Origin: Camelus dromedarius
Taxonomy: Eukaryota
NCBI RefSeq assembly: GCF_036321535.1
Contig: NC_087437.1
Coordinates: 32,862,001 to 32,926,000, forward strand
DNA: 64,000 nt
Direction of reading: 5' to 3'
Both the position numbers and the translations under genes were made by a program. How positions within the stretch are numbered: the first letter of the stretch is position 1; every line of letters begins with the position of its first letter. The notes under the pieces are model-generated. The model was not told the DNA's origin and ran no database searches. It saw only the letters and a program-made list of their open reading frames with translations. Shown in pieces: positions 26,690 to 39,643 of this stretch.

Positions 26690-29600
26690 GTTTAATTTAA
26701 ACATGATACAATTCCCCAACATTTAGTATGAAATTTGATAAGTTTTGACAAATGTATATAGTTGTAAAACTACTACCAAAATTTTTAATAAAGAATATTT
26801 ATATTATTCCAAAAAGTTCCTTTTTACTTCTTTGAAGTCATTTCTAGCTCCCTTTCTTGGACCTCTGCGACCACTAATCTGCTTTACGTTACTGTGGTTT
26901 TGCTGTTTGCAAAATGCCATATAAATGGAATCATACAGTATGTAGAATTCTGTGTCTGTAGTCCTTCACTTGGCATAGTGCTTTTCAGATTTGTACACAT
27001 TGTTGTGAGTGACTGTTTTTGTTGCTGAGTAGTATTCCGCTGTATGTCTATACCGGTTTGTTTATTCATTCAGCATTTAGTGGACAGGTGAATTGTTTCC
27101 AGTTATGGCTTTTGTGAGTAAAATTTATATGAACATTTGAGTACAAGTCTGTGTGAACATGTATTTTCATTTCTCTTGAGTAAATATTTAGGAATGGGAT
27201 TACCTTGTTATATAGTAAGTATAGTTTTACTTTTAATGCCAAACTGTTTTCCAAGGTGGCTAGACCATTTTTGGTTCCATACCATAGTATGGAAGAGCCA
27301 TTTGTTCCCCATCCTTGATGTCACGTGATGTTGGTTTTTATGTTTAATTTCAGCCATTCTATTAAATGTGTTGTATTTCATTTGACTTTAATGTGCATTT
27401 CTGTGATGGCTGATGAGATTGGGCATCTTTCATGAAATCACTGGTCATCTGTATACTTTTGTAAAGTATCTCCTCATATCACTTGCCCATTTTTTAAAGG
27501 TATTGTTTGTATTATTGACTTGTAGAGTTATATATTCTGAATACAAGTCAGTTACTTAGTTTATATATTTTCTCTTGTCTATGCCTTGCCTATTTTCTAA
27601 CAATCTGTTTTTTTAAGTTAATGATTTACATACAATATTATACACCCTTTATAGGAACAGTTCTTTGATTTTTGACAAATGCAAACAGTTGTGTAATAAC
27701 ACCCAGAATCAAGATATAGAACAGTTTTATCATCTTCCAAAATATCCCCATTCCTCTTTGTTGTGAACCCTTCCTACCACCAGAAACTGGTCTGTTTTTT
27801 GTCCCTCTAGTCTTGACTTTTCTAATATGTCATATAAATTCAATCATATAATAAGTACGTTTTTGGGTCTGGTTTCTTTGACATAGCATAATGCTTTTGA
27901 GACTTTTTTGTGTTGTGGCATGTATCAATAGTTTATTCCTTTTTTATTACTGCATAGCATTCCATTGTATGGATTAATTAATTGAAGAATGTTTAGGTTC
28001 TTTCTAGTTTTGAAGAATTATGAATTAAACCATTACAATATTTTCAGGTAGGATTTTGTGTGAACGTAAGTTTTTGTTTCACTTGAGTAAATACCTAGGA
28101 CTGAGATTGCTGGTTAATATGATAAATTTATGTTTAACTTTATGAGAAACTGCAAACTGTTTTCCAAAGTGTCTGGACCATTTTGTGCTCCTGACAGCAA
28201 TGTATGAGAAATCTGGTTGTTCCACATCCTTATCATACTTGCTGTTATTAGTTTTTGTTTTACTTTGGTCATTTCAGTTGGTGTTTAGAGGTATCTCATT
28301 GTGAATTTTTAACCTGAATATCCCTCATAATGAATGTTGTTAAGCATCTCTTCATGTGCTTATTTGCCGTCATAGATCCTCTTTTCCCATTTTAAAAAAA
28401 TTGGGTTATTTGCTTTATATTTGCTGAGTTTTGATAATTATATATATTTTTGATAAAAGTTCTTTATCAGATCTGTGATTTGCAAATATTTTTCACATTT
28501 TGTAGCATGTTTATATTCTCTTACCAGTGTCTTTTGGAGAGTAGAAGTTCTTAATGTGTTGAAGTCCAATTTATCAGTTTTTTTCGTATGTTTTGTGCTT
28601 TTAGAGTCATTTCTAAGAAATGTTTGCCTAATCAGAGAACACAAAAATTTGCTTCTATGTTTTGTCCTAGAATTCCTGTAGTTTGATTTTACATTTAGGT
28701 CTGTAGTACATTTTAAATTAATTTTTGTATATGGTGTGAAGTATGAGTTCAGGTTCTTTTCTTTGCATATGAGTATCTAATAGTCCCAGTGCCATTTGTT
28801 GAAAAGATAGTTCCTTCTACTGAATTGTCTTTCTCCCCTTGTAAAATATCAACTGACCACATATTACTAGGTGTCTTCTGAAGTCTCTGTTCTATCCGAT
28901 TGATCTAAATGTCTATCTACCCTTTTGCCACTACCACATTCCCATAATTACTGTAACTCTATAGTAAGTCCTAGAATCAGTTGATGTGTCCTCCAATGTG
29001 TTCTTTATCTTCTTTTTTTTCCAGAATGCTTTGCCTATTCTGGTTCTTCCCCTTTATAAATTTTAGAACCAGCTTATTGATTTCCACATCAAAAAATCCA
29101 GGTGGAATTTTTATTAGGCTTATGTGAACTTCACACATCAGCTTGGAGAGAGTTGACATATTAACAATAGGGAGTCTTCCATTCATGAGCATGTTATAGC
29201 TCTCTACCTCCAGTTCTTCTTTGATTTCTTTTATCAGAGTTATGTAGTTTTCAGCATACAGATCTTGTATGTATTTTGTTAGATTTATTCCTAAGTATTT
29301 TATGTTTCAGAGTGCCATTGTAAACAGATTTTTTTTGTTTAAGTTTAAATTTCCAATTGTTCATTGACAGTATATAGGAAAACAACTCTGTTTTGAATAT
29401 TAAATTTATATCCTGTAATTTTGTTAAACTTAAGAGTTATTTTTAAGATTTTGAAATTTTCTACATAGACAATCATGTCATCTGTGATTTTTTTTTTCCT
29501 TTAAAATCTGAGTGCCTTTTCTTTTATTGCCTTATTAATCTGGCTAGAATCTCCACTCACAATACAGGTGGTGAGAGTGAATAGCCTTCATTTGTTCCTC

Positions 29601-29940
29601 ATCTTAGGGAGAGAGTATTTAGTCTTTTACCATTAAGCAAAATGTTAATTGTAGGATAGATGGCCTTTTCAGGTTAAGGAATTTTTCTTCTATTCCTAGT
29701 TTGCTTTGAGTTTTCCTTGGGAATGAATGTTGAATTTTGTCAAATGCCTTTTCTGCATTTACTGAGATGATCAAATGTATTTTCTTCCTTAATATTGATA
29801 TGTTGAATTTGATTGGTTGGTTTTGAATGTTAAACCAATCTTATTTAGATTCCTGGGAGAAATACCACTTGGACATGATGTACTTCTTTTTACTTATTGT
29901 TGGATTAGATTTTCTAAAATTTTGTTTTGTATATATTGTA
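26690..29940 (-). mobile_element. Old L1 (L1MC/L1MD-like) 3' UTR and ORF2, with a second L1 3' end beginning near 27610
   Basis: Two successive 3'-UTR blocks (gttttgacaaatgtatatagttg; ttttgacaaatgcaaacagttgtgtaa), then antisense ORF2 motifs (gttgacatattaacaatagggagtcttcc; gaattttgtcaaatgccttttctgcat). Confidence 0.88.
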
Positions 29941-29949
29941 GCTTGTATT

Positions 29950-30235
29950 CATAGCAATTATAAATACTTCATTAGAATTATTTACATGCCTGATTCCATC
30001 TTTTAAGTGATAAGCCCCTCTAGGTTATGTCTATCAACTTTGTATTTCCCAATAACAAGCATAATACCCTGGCAATAGGAGCCTTTTTTGATTAATAGTG
30101 GTTGGCTGAATGAATGATGTCACTGATAACCTGTGTAAAGTGCGTTTATATACCACTGTATCTCTAGCACTGAGAATGGGGCCTTACCCAGTTTGTGCTA
30201 AATAAATTTTTGTTGGTCAAATGTATGAATAAATA
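29950..30235 (+). mobile_element. L2 3'-terminal fragments
   Basis: ttgtatttcccaataacaagcataataccctggca...tgaatgaatga; cactgtatctctagcactgagaa. Confidence 0.55.
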
Positions 30236-31046
30236 ATTGGCTTTAGTTTAATATATCTTGTTGCACTGAAGTTACTAAAAAGCTAATCTTCAAAAATATA
30301 CATATTATTGATTCAGAACTCATCAAACCATCTTTAGCTTATAGAAAACATAATAATCTACATTATATTTTTAAAATATAATTTCATTTTTTTATAAGTT
30401 GAATATCGTAAACTTCAAAAATGTGAACGATCATGCCCTTATAAATGATAACATAGGCATTTGTGCTGCTTTGTAATTGACTTTTACTGATTTAATAATG
30501 TCTTATAACTATTCCCAGTTTACAAAGTATTTTTGCTTATTATTCCGTGTTATTTTATTAATCTCTTCTGACCTGAGCCTGCAAGTTTCCAGATATTTTA
30601 CCCTTTTATCTTTAGATATATTATTGAATATATAATCTGTATAATTTTAAAGATTTTAAAAAAGGCAATATGATGGGTATTTTCCTAGGAAAGTTGTGGG
30701 AAAATATCACCTTTTAGACTTTTAAAATTTCAGACACCTGTAGAATATGTAATGCTTGTATTTGGTAAAGAAATATAAAGCTTGCTTATTTTAGAATTAT
30801 TGTTGTCAAACGTAGTAACATATATATTCTGAAATTGTTTTTCCCTCCCCTTAGCATAGTATTTCACTCTAAATAGGAGATTAGATTTTACTCTGTATAT
30901 AGGAAACTTTATTAACCAGTTCAGATAAGAAATGCTCGAGGTGGATGTCATGAAAATGGTGAAATGTTTTCAGGTTAAATATGTCAGTATGTTTATGGAA
31001 TTAGAAAATGTAATGAGCTATTTGGATCTACCCCCTAACCCCCATG

Positions 31047-31400
31047 TTTACTGAAATATAACTGACATATAACATTCTATAAGTTTAAGGTATACAACAT
31101 GGTGATTTGATACACATATATTATGAAATGATTACCACAACAGTTAATATTTCCAGTACCTCACATAATTAACCATTTACTTATGCAGGCAGTGAGAACA
31201 TTTAAGATTTACTCTCCTAGCAAATTTCAAGTCCATAATACAGTATTGTTAACTATAATCACCATGCTATATATTCTCCAGAACTTATTCATGTTACTAA
31301 CTGAAAGTTTGTACCCTTTGACCAGCATCTCCCCATTTCTTCCACTCCCCAACCCCTAGAAACCACTGTTCTACTCTCTTTGTCTATCAGTTCAGCCTTC
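31047..31400 (-). mobile_element. L1MA9/L1MA10-like 3' end
   Basis: gtgagaacatttaagatttactctcctagcaaatttcaagt...aactgaaagtttgtaccctttgaccagcatctcccc. Confidence 0.85.
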
Positions 31401-31409
31401 TTCTTTGAC

Positions 31410-34400
31410 AAGTCATGCCTTTGGTGGTGTTATCTAAAAACTCTTTGCTGTAGTGAAGGTCATCTGGGTTTTCTCCTGTGTTATCTTCTGGGAATTTTAC
31501 ATTTAGATCTGTTATCTTTTGGGTTAATTTTTGTGAAGGTCATAAGGTCTGTATGTAATTTTGGTTTTGTTTTTGGGCATGTGGCTGTCCAGCTGTTCCA
31601 GCACCATTTACTGAAAATATTATCTTCTTGCCCATTGTTTTGCCCTTGGTCCTTTGTCAAAGATCAGTCGACTGTATTTATGTGGGTCTATTTCTGGGCT
31701 TTCTATTTTGTTTCCTTGATCTATTTGTCTATTCTTTCACCTATATCACACTGTCTTGATTACTTTTGCTTTATAGTAAATCTTAAAGTTGAGTAGTGTC
31801 AGTCCTCCAACTTTGTTCTTCTTCAGTATTGTGTTGGCTATTCTGGACCTTTTGTCTCTCCATATAAATGTTAGAATCATTTTGTTATATCCACAAAATA
31901 ACTCCCTGAAAATTTGTTCATCAGAGTTTTTCTCATATAGATATTAGACATATCTTGTTAGATTTATAGCTAAGTATTCATTTTTCTGGGTGCTAATGTA
32001 AATGGTATTGTGTTTTTAATTTCAAATTCTACTTGTTCACTGCTGGCATATGGTAAAACAATTCAGTTTTGTTTATTAATCTTGTATCCTGCAACCTTGC
32101 TATAATCACTTACTAGTTCCAGGTATTCTTATTGATGCTTTTAGATTTTCTTTGAAGGTGATAATGTTATCTGCAAACAAAGACAGTTTTATTTCTTCTT
32201 TCCCAATCTACATACCTTTTATTTCCTTTTTTGTCTTACTACATTTGCTAGCACTTTCAGTATGATGTTGAAAGAAGTGGTGAGAGGATACTTTGGTGCT
32301 GTGTACCTGCTCTTAGTGGGAAAGCTTCAAGTTCTCACTATTAAGTATGGTGTTCTCTACAGGTTTGTTGTAGATATTCTTTACCAAGTTGAGGAAGTTC
32401 CCCATTATTCTTAGTTTACTGAGAGGTTTTTTTTTTTGTCATGAATGGATATTGATTTTTTCAGATTTTTTTCTGCACTTGTTGGTATGAGCATTAGATC
32501 TTTTAATATAACATATTTAAGGATTTTTCACTATTGAACACCTATACATAACCTATAATGAATCCTATTTGTTAATATATAATTTTTAATGTAATATTAC
32601 ATTCTTTACCCTAATGTTTAATTTTTGTGTTAATATTCATATATGGTGTTGGTCAGTAATTTTCTATTTTTTACCTGTTTTCTTTATCTGGTTTAGATAT
32701 TAAGGTTATATCTGCTTCATAAAAACAATTTGGAAGGTTTCCTTTTTTTCATTTTTGTGCTCAGGATTAATTTTTACAGTATTAGAAGTGTATTTGATAG
32801 TTTAGTAGATTTCCCTTGTGAAGCAATATAGACCTGGTACCTTTTTTATAGTTGATAACTTTCTCTTTTTCTCTTATGAAACTTGATATTTTTGAGCTTA
32901 GTAATCTGTTAAAAGCTTAACTTTGCCAAAGATTTTCATAGTAAATTATCCATTTCATTTGCATTTTCAAGTTTATTTGTATAGAGGTCGGCAAAGTAGT
33001 TTCTTAATGAGTTTGGTAATTTTTTCAGTTACAGTGTTTATTTCCTCCTGTCTAATTCTTATTTTGTTTATTTTCCTGTTAAATTTTTTAATTATTGTTA
33101 AAAGAGTGAGATTTTGATAATTTATTAATTAGATCTTGCATTTTTCTGTTTCTAGCCTGCCTTTATTTTTATCTTTTCCTTCCTTATGCCTTCTTTCAGT
33201 TTGCTTGTTGCTTTTTTTCCCCTAGATGCTAGAGTTAGTAATTTAACTCATGCATTTTGATTTTTGTTAAGGCTTTCAGTTTTTCTCTGATTACTGTTAT
33301 AAACGTATCCCGTAAATTCTAAGTATAGTGTTTTGCCAATATTCTTTAGAAATTTTATGATTTGGGTTTTTTTCCCCTTTGACCCAGAAGTTATTTAATT
33401 TCCAGGTAAAGGGCCTTTTTGCAATTTGATTTTTTTTATTAATTTCTAGTTTTATTGTGTTTTAACTAGAGAGTGGCTTTTGTAATATTTCTACTTCATG
33501 GAATTTACTAATATTTTTGTGAATATTTTATGTACACTGGAGAAAAAAGTATATATCCTATTTGTAGAATATAAAGTTTGATACATATTTATAAACATTT
33601 ACCTTATTGGTTATGTTTCTTTCTATAGCCTTCCCTTTTTTATTATTTTTTTGTCTAGTTTACCAGTCTTACACTATGTTATAGTGTGTTTCTTTCCATA
33701 CCTTGTTGTATATTCTGTCATTTCTACTTTATAGAAGTAATTATTATGGTATTTGATACATAAATATTATTAATAATAATATCCTCATCTCAAGTTGTTA
33801 CTTTAAGCATTAAAAAATGTCCTTCTTTGTCACATTTCATGTTTTTTGGCTTGAAGTATTCTTTGACGTCAGGATCCAAAATCCTGCTGTATTGTTTCCA
33901 TTTGCCTTTATACTTTTGCTCATCTCTCTTATTTTTAGACTTTCTAAATCATTTAGTTTTAGGTGTGCCTTTTGTGTACGGCATAGAGTTAGGTTTTGCT
34001 TTTGTAAGTTATTTGAAAATCTGTTTCATAGGTGACTTGAGCCTGTTCACACTTATTGATATGAATAATATGTATGGTGTGAACTCTGTCATATCATTTG
34101 GTAGTTAGTCCATTGTATTTTCCCTTTGATCATTTTATAAGTTTATATCTTTTCATTGTTAACTCTTGTAGGCTTTTTGTGTTTTTCCTATTGACTTTTT
34201 TTTATTCTTAGTGTCTTATCAATTCTTGTATCTGTTATCTTGGTTTTATGTTGTTTATTTTTAGACTTATTTGCTAATTCCTAGGATGTTGTTTATTTTT
34301 AGACTTATTTGCTAATTTTTAACATATAGAATTTAAAAATTTTTGTTTAGTTAACTTTATTAATCTTTTACTTAACCATGTTCTTTCATTTATCTCTCAT
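31410..34400 (-). mobile_element. Old L1 ORF2 fragments, increasingly degraded
   Basis: gctgttccagcaccatttactgaaa; ctttgtcaaagatcagtcgactgtattt; atctgcaaacaaagacagttttatttcttc. ORF 31380-31796 is antisense L1. Confidence 0.8.
34248..34317. repeat. Perfect 32-bp direct repeat with a 6-bp spacer
   Basis: ATGTTGTTTATTTTTAGACTTATTTGCTAATT at 34248-34279 and 34286-34317, spacer CCTAGG. Confidence 0.95.
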
Positions 34401-34419
34401 TGTTTTTAAACTTAATAAA

Positions 34420-34545
34420 GTACCCAGAGTTAGCCAAACTGTGAGGTTAAAGGCACAGTTCTCCAGACTGCCAGGTCTGTTCAGAAATTCTGATCCCAAC
34501 TGAAGGTCCAGAGCTTTCCCCAAATCACCCTCTGATCTGATGATG
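34420..34545. mobile_element. ERVL LTR fragment (MER21/MER77-like)
   Basis: tacccagagttagcc...gaggttaaaggcacagttctccagactgcc...ccccaaatcaccctc. Confidence 0.5.
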
Positions 34546-35439
34546 TTTCACTTGTATGCACGTGTGTATATGTATGTATATATGCATGTGCATGTGTGTT
34601 TAAAATGCCCTGGCAAAATATCCACCAAACTGTAATGAGGAGAAGAGTAATGGAAGTGGTGTGCCTTTATTTTCTACTTTCCTTTTGGTATTAAAAAAAA
34701 AATAAGTTTATATTTCTTTTATAATTGAAAACTTTACAGACAGTGTATAAGTTTCTAATTCATTGTAGAAAGATATCAATCACAAAGAAGTAATTTACAT
34801 GTTGGAATTCTAATAGGTTAGCTGTAGAGAGTTAAATCATAAAACTTCATTCCCCAGAGGCACAGAGACATGGTATAAGCCTTTTGTTTTATAGCATATT
34901 TAATATTTAAAAAAAAACTTCATGGAAAGTGTTTCATAACTGAGAAGCATTGAACACATTTAAATAAAAAGCTCATAATTTATATCTTAAGTATTTTATT
35001 TATAAAAAATTTATTTATGTACTAGTTTTTTATGAAGTAGCCTACTCACTGTAGGCTTCAACTTGTTAGGAATTTTATTTTGTATTAGTGAAAATAATGT
35101 TTTAATTTTCCCTAATCTGGAAACTTAAGATTCAGCAAGTAAGGACTAAGAGCTGAAATGAGGGAATCAGGAATAGATAAGATACCAAGAAACTTTCTTC
35201 ATCAGCCCATCAGTAGGACATGTTTAAGGGTCCAAGTCAGAAATAGAAACACACCTTGAAATTACCTAAAGCAAATTCTAAATTTCCTGAGACATAGTGG
35301 TAGGGACCAGCATTCTGGGACAAAAAAAGATAGGCCAGTATTAAGCTAACTTAATACTCTAATACTGGCTATAGTACAGTATAGATTGTGCCTCAGACCT
35401 CCAAGGCTTGGGAAGGAGTGAGGGAGCCATTGATGAGCA

Positions 35440-35920
35440 AGTATACAGCTTAAAGTGGCAGCAGGAGATACATGGCACACTCAAAGGCATAGCAGATAGT
35501 TTAATGAAAGGACTATTAAAGGGTTGGACAGGTTTGAGAAGAATCATTAAGATTCCTAGCCTAGGAATAGCTGTGAGTCTTTACCACCTGTAGGCCTTAG
35601 ATCTAAGAAGAGAAAGAGAAGAGAGCTGCTATGAAAACATTTGGGGGCTTGTATAAGAGAGAGCCATCCCAACAGAAACTGTGCCTATAGAGGAAAGGCA
35701 GCCACTGTCAAAACCCCCAGGCCCCGGCAAGAAATAAACTTTAACCTTATCCCTCTTGCCTCTAATTGATCTAACCTCAGTGTCTTCTTTTGGCTATCCC
35801 CAAACAGTAGCTGAAAAGCAATGCAGCCTATTTGTTGTAGCATATGAAGTTCACAGCCAGGTCAGGGTGGAAGTGATTACAGAGTAGATCAGGAAGGGCA
35901 TATGAAGCTTATCCAGCATG
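35440..35920. mobile_element. Ancient solo LTR (family uncertain)
   Basis: cagcaggagatacatggcacactcaaa...agtttaatgaaaggactatt...ggaagggcatatgaagcttatccagca. Confidence 0.55.
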
Positions 35921-36639
35921 GCATCTGATGGCTGCTGAAGCAGTCAGCAGTCTTGGATAGCCCAATGAGAAGCCTTATTTCCCTACGTGCCATTTAGTAA
36001 CAGTAGAAAAAGAACAGAGAAAGCAAAAGGAGAACAGATGTCTTTTAGTTATTGAAAAATGACATTTGCTTCTTCCCTAGTTGATTGTTCTTGAGTACTT
36101 TCAAAATAATGCAGAACTTCCAAATTTTATTGTCACTAAATTTCCTTATAAGAATTTTACGTGATAGTGTGCTTTTCCTTAGAATTTATTTGAACAAAAA
36201 TAATTTGTGTCAGGGTTTATATTAGGCGATGGAGACACAAAGATTTCTAAGACACTATTTCTGCCCCTTTGGTGCTCACAGTCTATTATAGGAGAGAACT
36301 GTGCAAACAAATACTTAGAATAGCACATAGTACTACAAACCATTCATCTGCTTAACATAAATTGACACCATGCAATGTGTCAGGCAAAGTTACAAAGTAC
36401 AGTAGAAACATAGGAGTAACTACCTGCCTGCAGAATCAGAGAGATGTTTTATAAAATAAGTCTAACTTTAGTAGCTTTGAGGAGTGTACTATTTTGTTTT
36501 TTGTGTTTTGTTTTTTCTTACCTGATCTCCTTATAAATCAGAGGCATTAAAAACTCAGTTGAAAAGGAGTGGTATCAACCTGAGTAATAAAGTCCTTTTG
36601 ATATAGTTATTGAAAGAGTATTTATCATTGCCTTATTAA

Positions 36640-37090
36640 ATATGGAGAAATAAGTGTGCCATTTTTTTCCAAATGGTTTCATTTGCTCATGCTTTCTTTG
36701 TTGACCCAAATGAATGAAATTAGAATAAACAATCTCTAAGTCATTTGTAATCATGAGCTGATTAATGGAGTTTGGTTTCATAGCCATTATTCATTCACGA
36801 ACACCTGATATCTTTCCCATAAACAAATTGTGTTTGTCCAAATTAAGAAATTAAATGAAGCATTTGATGAGTTTATGATTGACCTTTCTAACTCAGAGCC
36901 CATTAGTCAATGTCGTTATCATAGAAAACTGTTTGACTAATGTGCTGTCTAAAGAAGCATGTGGATTTATTATGACTTCTGATTAATGCTTGCTGCAAGC
37001 CAAACTACTAGATTATAATAATTTTTTGATTCTCATTTTAACAGTCATTGAAGAATTTCATCTCTGATGAAATGCGCTTATGTCCCACTA
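36640..37090. promoter_or_regulatory. Candidate conserved noncoding element / enhancer
   Basis: Non-repetitive, with two PBX-HOX-type sites TGATTAATGG (36759-36768) and TGATTAATGC (36980-36989). Conservation not verified. Confidence 0.45.
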
Positions 37091-38389
37091 GATTTAGAGA
37101 TGATTACAAGGTATTGAGTGGGTAATATTTTAAGGAATTATGTATTTTAGGAAGCATATACACTATATGCTTGAGAAGACTTTAAAAAAATTTTTTGAAA
37201 CAGTTTAGGATCTTTTAACTTTGTGGACATAATTGTTCTCTTTCAAGGTATTGAACCATTATTTAGATTTAAAAAAAACTAGAACTTAATCATTCGTCAG
37301 GAAAGAAATTAAAACATATATGAATTTTTAACATTATACTTAAAATAAGTTTCAGTGATTTTAAATATTTATTTTAAAATTGTATATAATCTACTTACTT
37401 AATACTACATTTTAGTTTTGCCAATAAAGCAAATCCCTGTTTACCTGATTTATTATAAAGTTAGAAAAAGAGTTTCATTTTAAAAAAAAAAGCTCTTTAA
37501 TAAAAGATCAGTACAGCTAAACCACTGTTACCATGGGCCTTGTGGTGAGATACCTGCTTGAGGCTCCATTATATGACCAACACACTGTTATGAAGAAACT
37601 AAGGACCTCAAATATGGCCATCAGTTTTTCTCCCCTGCACATCCTGATTTTATTAGGAAAGTAAAGGAACCAGATATAATGCTATCCATATCACCTACAT
37701 TGTTTCACTTAATTTAGAGCAGAATATAATCGTGATAACTAGAACAGAGCCAAGAGAGAGGAGAGAGCAATTTTTTTTTCATTTTTCTAAAGTTCTTAAC
37801 ATCCACCGAAATTAGAAATGGTCTTCCTGTCAACCTAGGCCTTCCTTTGATTGCTGTACTCTTAATTGAGACTAAAGTTTAAGGGCATCAGAGAAAAAGA
37901 TCAGTTAAAAGATTTTGACTGATCCTTATCCCCTGTATAAAACAGTGCTACTTCCAGCCTTCTTCCAAAAATGGGAATGTTTGCCGACCATACGGCCAAG
38001 GACCTTGGAGTAGGTATATCATTTGAATAAAAGGGTAGCACCTCATAGCCAAGATCTGAGGGTGTACCTGGGTTACACTGAGTTAAAATTTTCTTCATTT
38101 GTTAAAAGTTCTGTGGTGAAGTAAAACACAACCTTCTTACCTCATTTTGGAAATTAAGATGCTAGATTCTATTCTCTAATAGAGGTATGTAAGTTACTGT
38201 AATTCCCGAACAAGGAGACTTTAAGAGATTCTGCAGAAGTTACATTTTTTTCCATCTTAGGATCTTTTGGGGGGGGGGGTGGGAGGAGCCAGAAGATATA
38301 CACCTTACTAATCCCATTTATTCTCATCAGTACAAAAAAAAAAGTCAATATTTTGGATTACTTAAAGAGACTTTCATAGAACTTGCAGG

Positions 38390-38580
38390 TATTGAGTGTT
38401 CACACTATGTGGAAAACATTGTGTTAAGTGCTTTCACTTAGTCCTAATGATGACCTTCAAAGAGAGGCACTATTATAATTCTAATTTGACAGTTAAAAAA
38501 TCTGAGGTCTTGAGAGGTGTTATAACTTCCCCCAAGTCACACAGACTGCCTTCAGTTAGACTTAGGCAGTCTGATTCTTA
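38390..38580 (-). mobile_element. MIR SINE
   Basis: tattgagtgttcacactatgtggaaaacattgtgttaagtgctttcac...tctgaggtcttgagaggtgttataacttccccaagtcacacag. Confidence 0.75.
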
Positions 38581-39281
38581 CCAAGTTTCTAAACCTACAT
38601 CTTGGGAGAGCTAAATATATTTTTAAAGATTATGCATGAAAATTGACTTCTGTTTAATACAGTTTTGTAGATAGAGGAATTAGTAACAGCAGGTAAGTAC
38701 TTAGTACTACCAGGTTTTTAGCTCTACAGAAAGGATTTCCAAAGAGCCACTTTGACACAGTAGTCTGAAGGAATGAAGTAGAATATAATGGAGAGGTAGA
38801 GAGAGGACAGTGAACCAACATTTTTTTTTACTGTCCCCTATGTGTCTATAGTTAATAATGGAGGACAAAGATAGTAGTTGAGTAATAGAGCAAAATGACA
38901 TTAACAGTGTGTATATTTCTTTGTATAATTCTGAAATGCCAGTTTTAATAATATTTTCTTCATAAAGTGAGATATTGTTATTCTTTTTAAAGTGAGCAAT
39001 TTGTCCTCAGATGCATTTCACCAGAGAAAAGACCAAGGCTGGTGAAGGACATTTCTTGGTTTTTCTAGTTTGTCTCTTGTCTTCAGTGGGATGATTGAAG
39101 GAGGAAGTTCAATAAATTATCTTGAAGAAGGAGAGGTCAGGCCCTAAGAAAGTGGATTTGGCCCTGGAAGAGAAAAAAGGGAGGGGAGCAGTGGGTAGAA
39201 AGCTCTGGAAGTAGGAAATTGATCAGGATCCAGGGAAGGGCTGGAACCAGGTTCATAGCCTATGCTGTCTCTTCATTCCCT

Positions 39282-39643
39282 TGCTCTGGACTGAATTTAT
39301 CTCCCTCCCACCCCCTGGTTCATATATTAAAGTCCTAACTTCCAAAGCCATGGTATTTGGATGTGGGGCCTTTGGGAGATAGTTAGGTTTAGATGAGTTA
39401 TAAGGGTGGGACCCTCACCAGACAACTTGCCCTCCTCTGACCCCCCCACCCCCACCTGCCATGTGAAGACAGAGTGAGAAGGTGGCTGTCTACAAGGCAG
39501 GAAGAGAGCTCTCCTCGGAAAGTGAACATACTGGCATCTTGACCTTGGACTTCTAGCCTCCAAATCTGTGAGAAGATAAATTCCTGTTGTTTAAGCCACC
39601 CAGTCTGTGGTATTTTATTATGGCAGCCAAGCAGACTAATACA
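39282..39643 (+). mobile_element. MLT1A-like MaLR solo LTR
   Basis: TG...CA termini; tgctctggactgaat...gggcctttgggag...ttggacttctagcctcca...tgtttaagccacccagtctgtggtatttt...gactaataca. Confidence 0.9.

Noticed and set aside
31380..31796. Longest ORF (138 aa)
   Set aside because: It is the antisense reading of L1 ORF2 sequence.
34248..34317. CRISPR-like repeat-spacer
   Set aside because: Only two copies, a 6-bp spacer, and a eukaryotic intronic L1 context.
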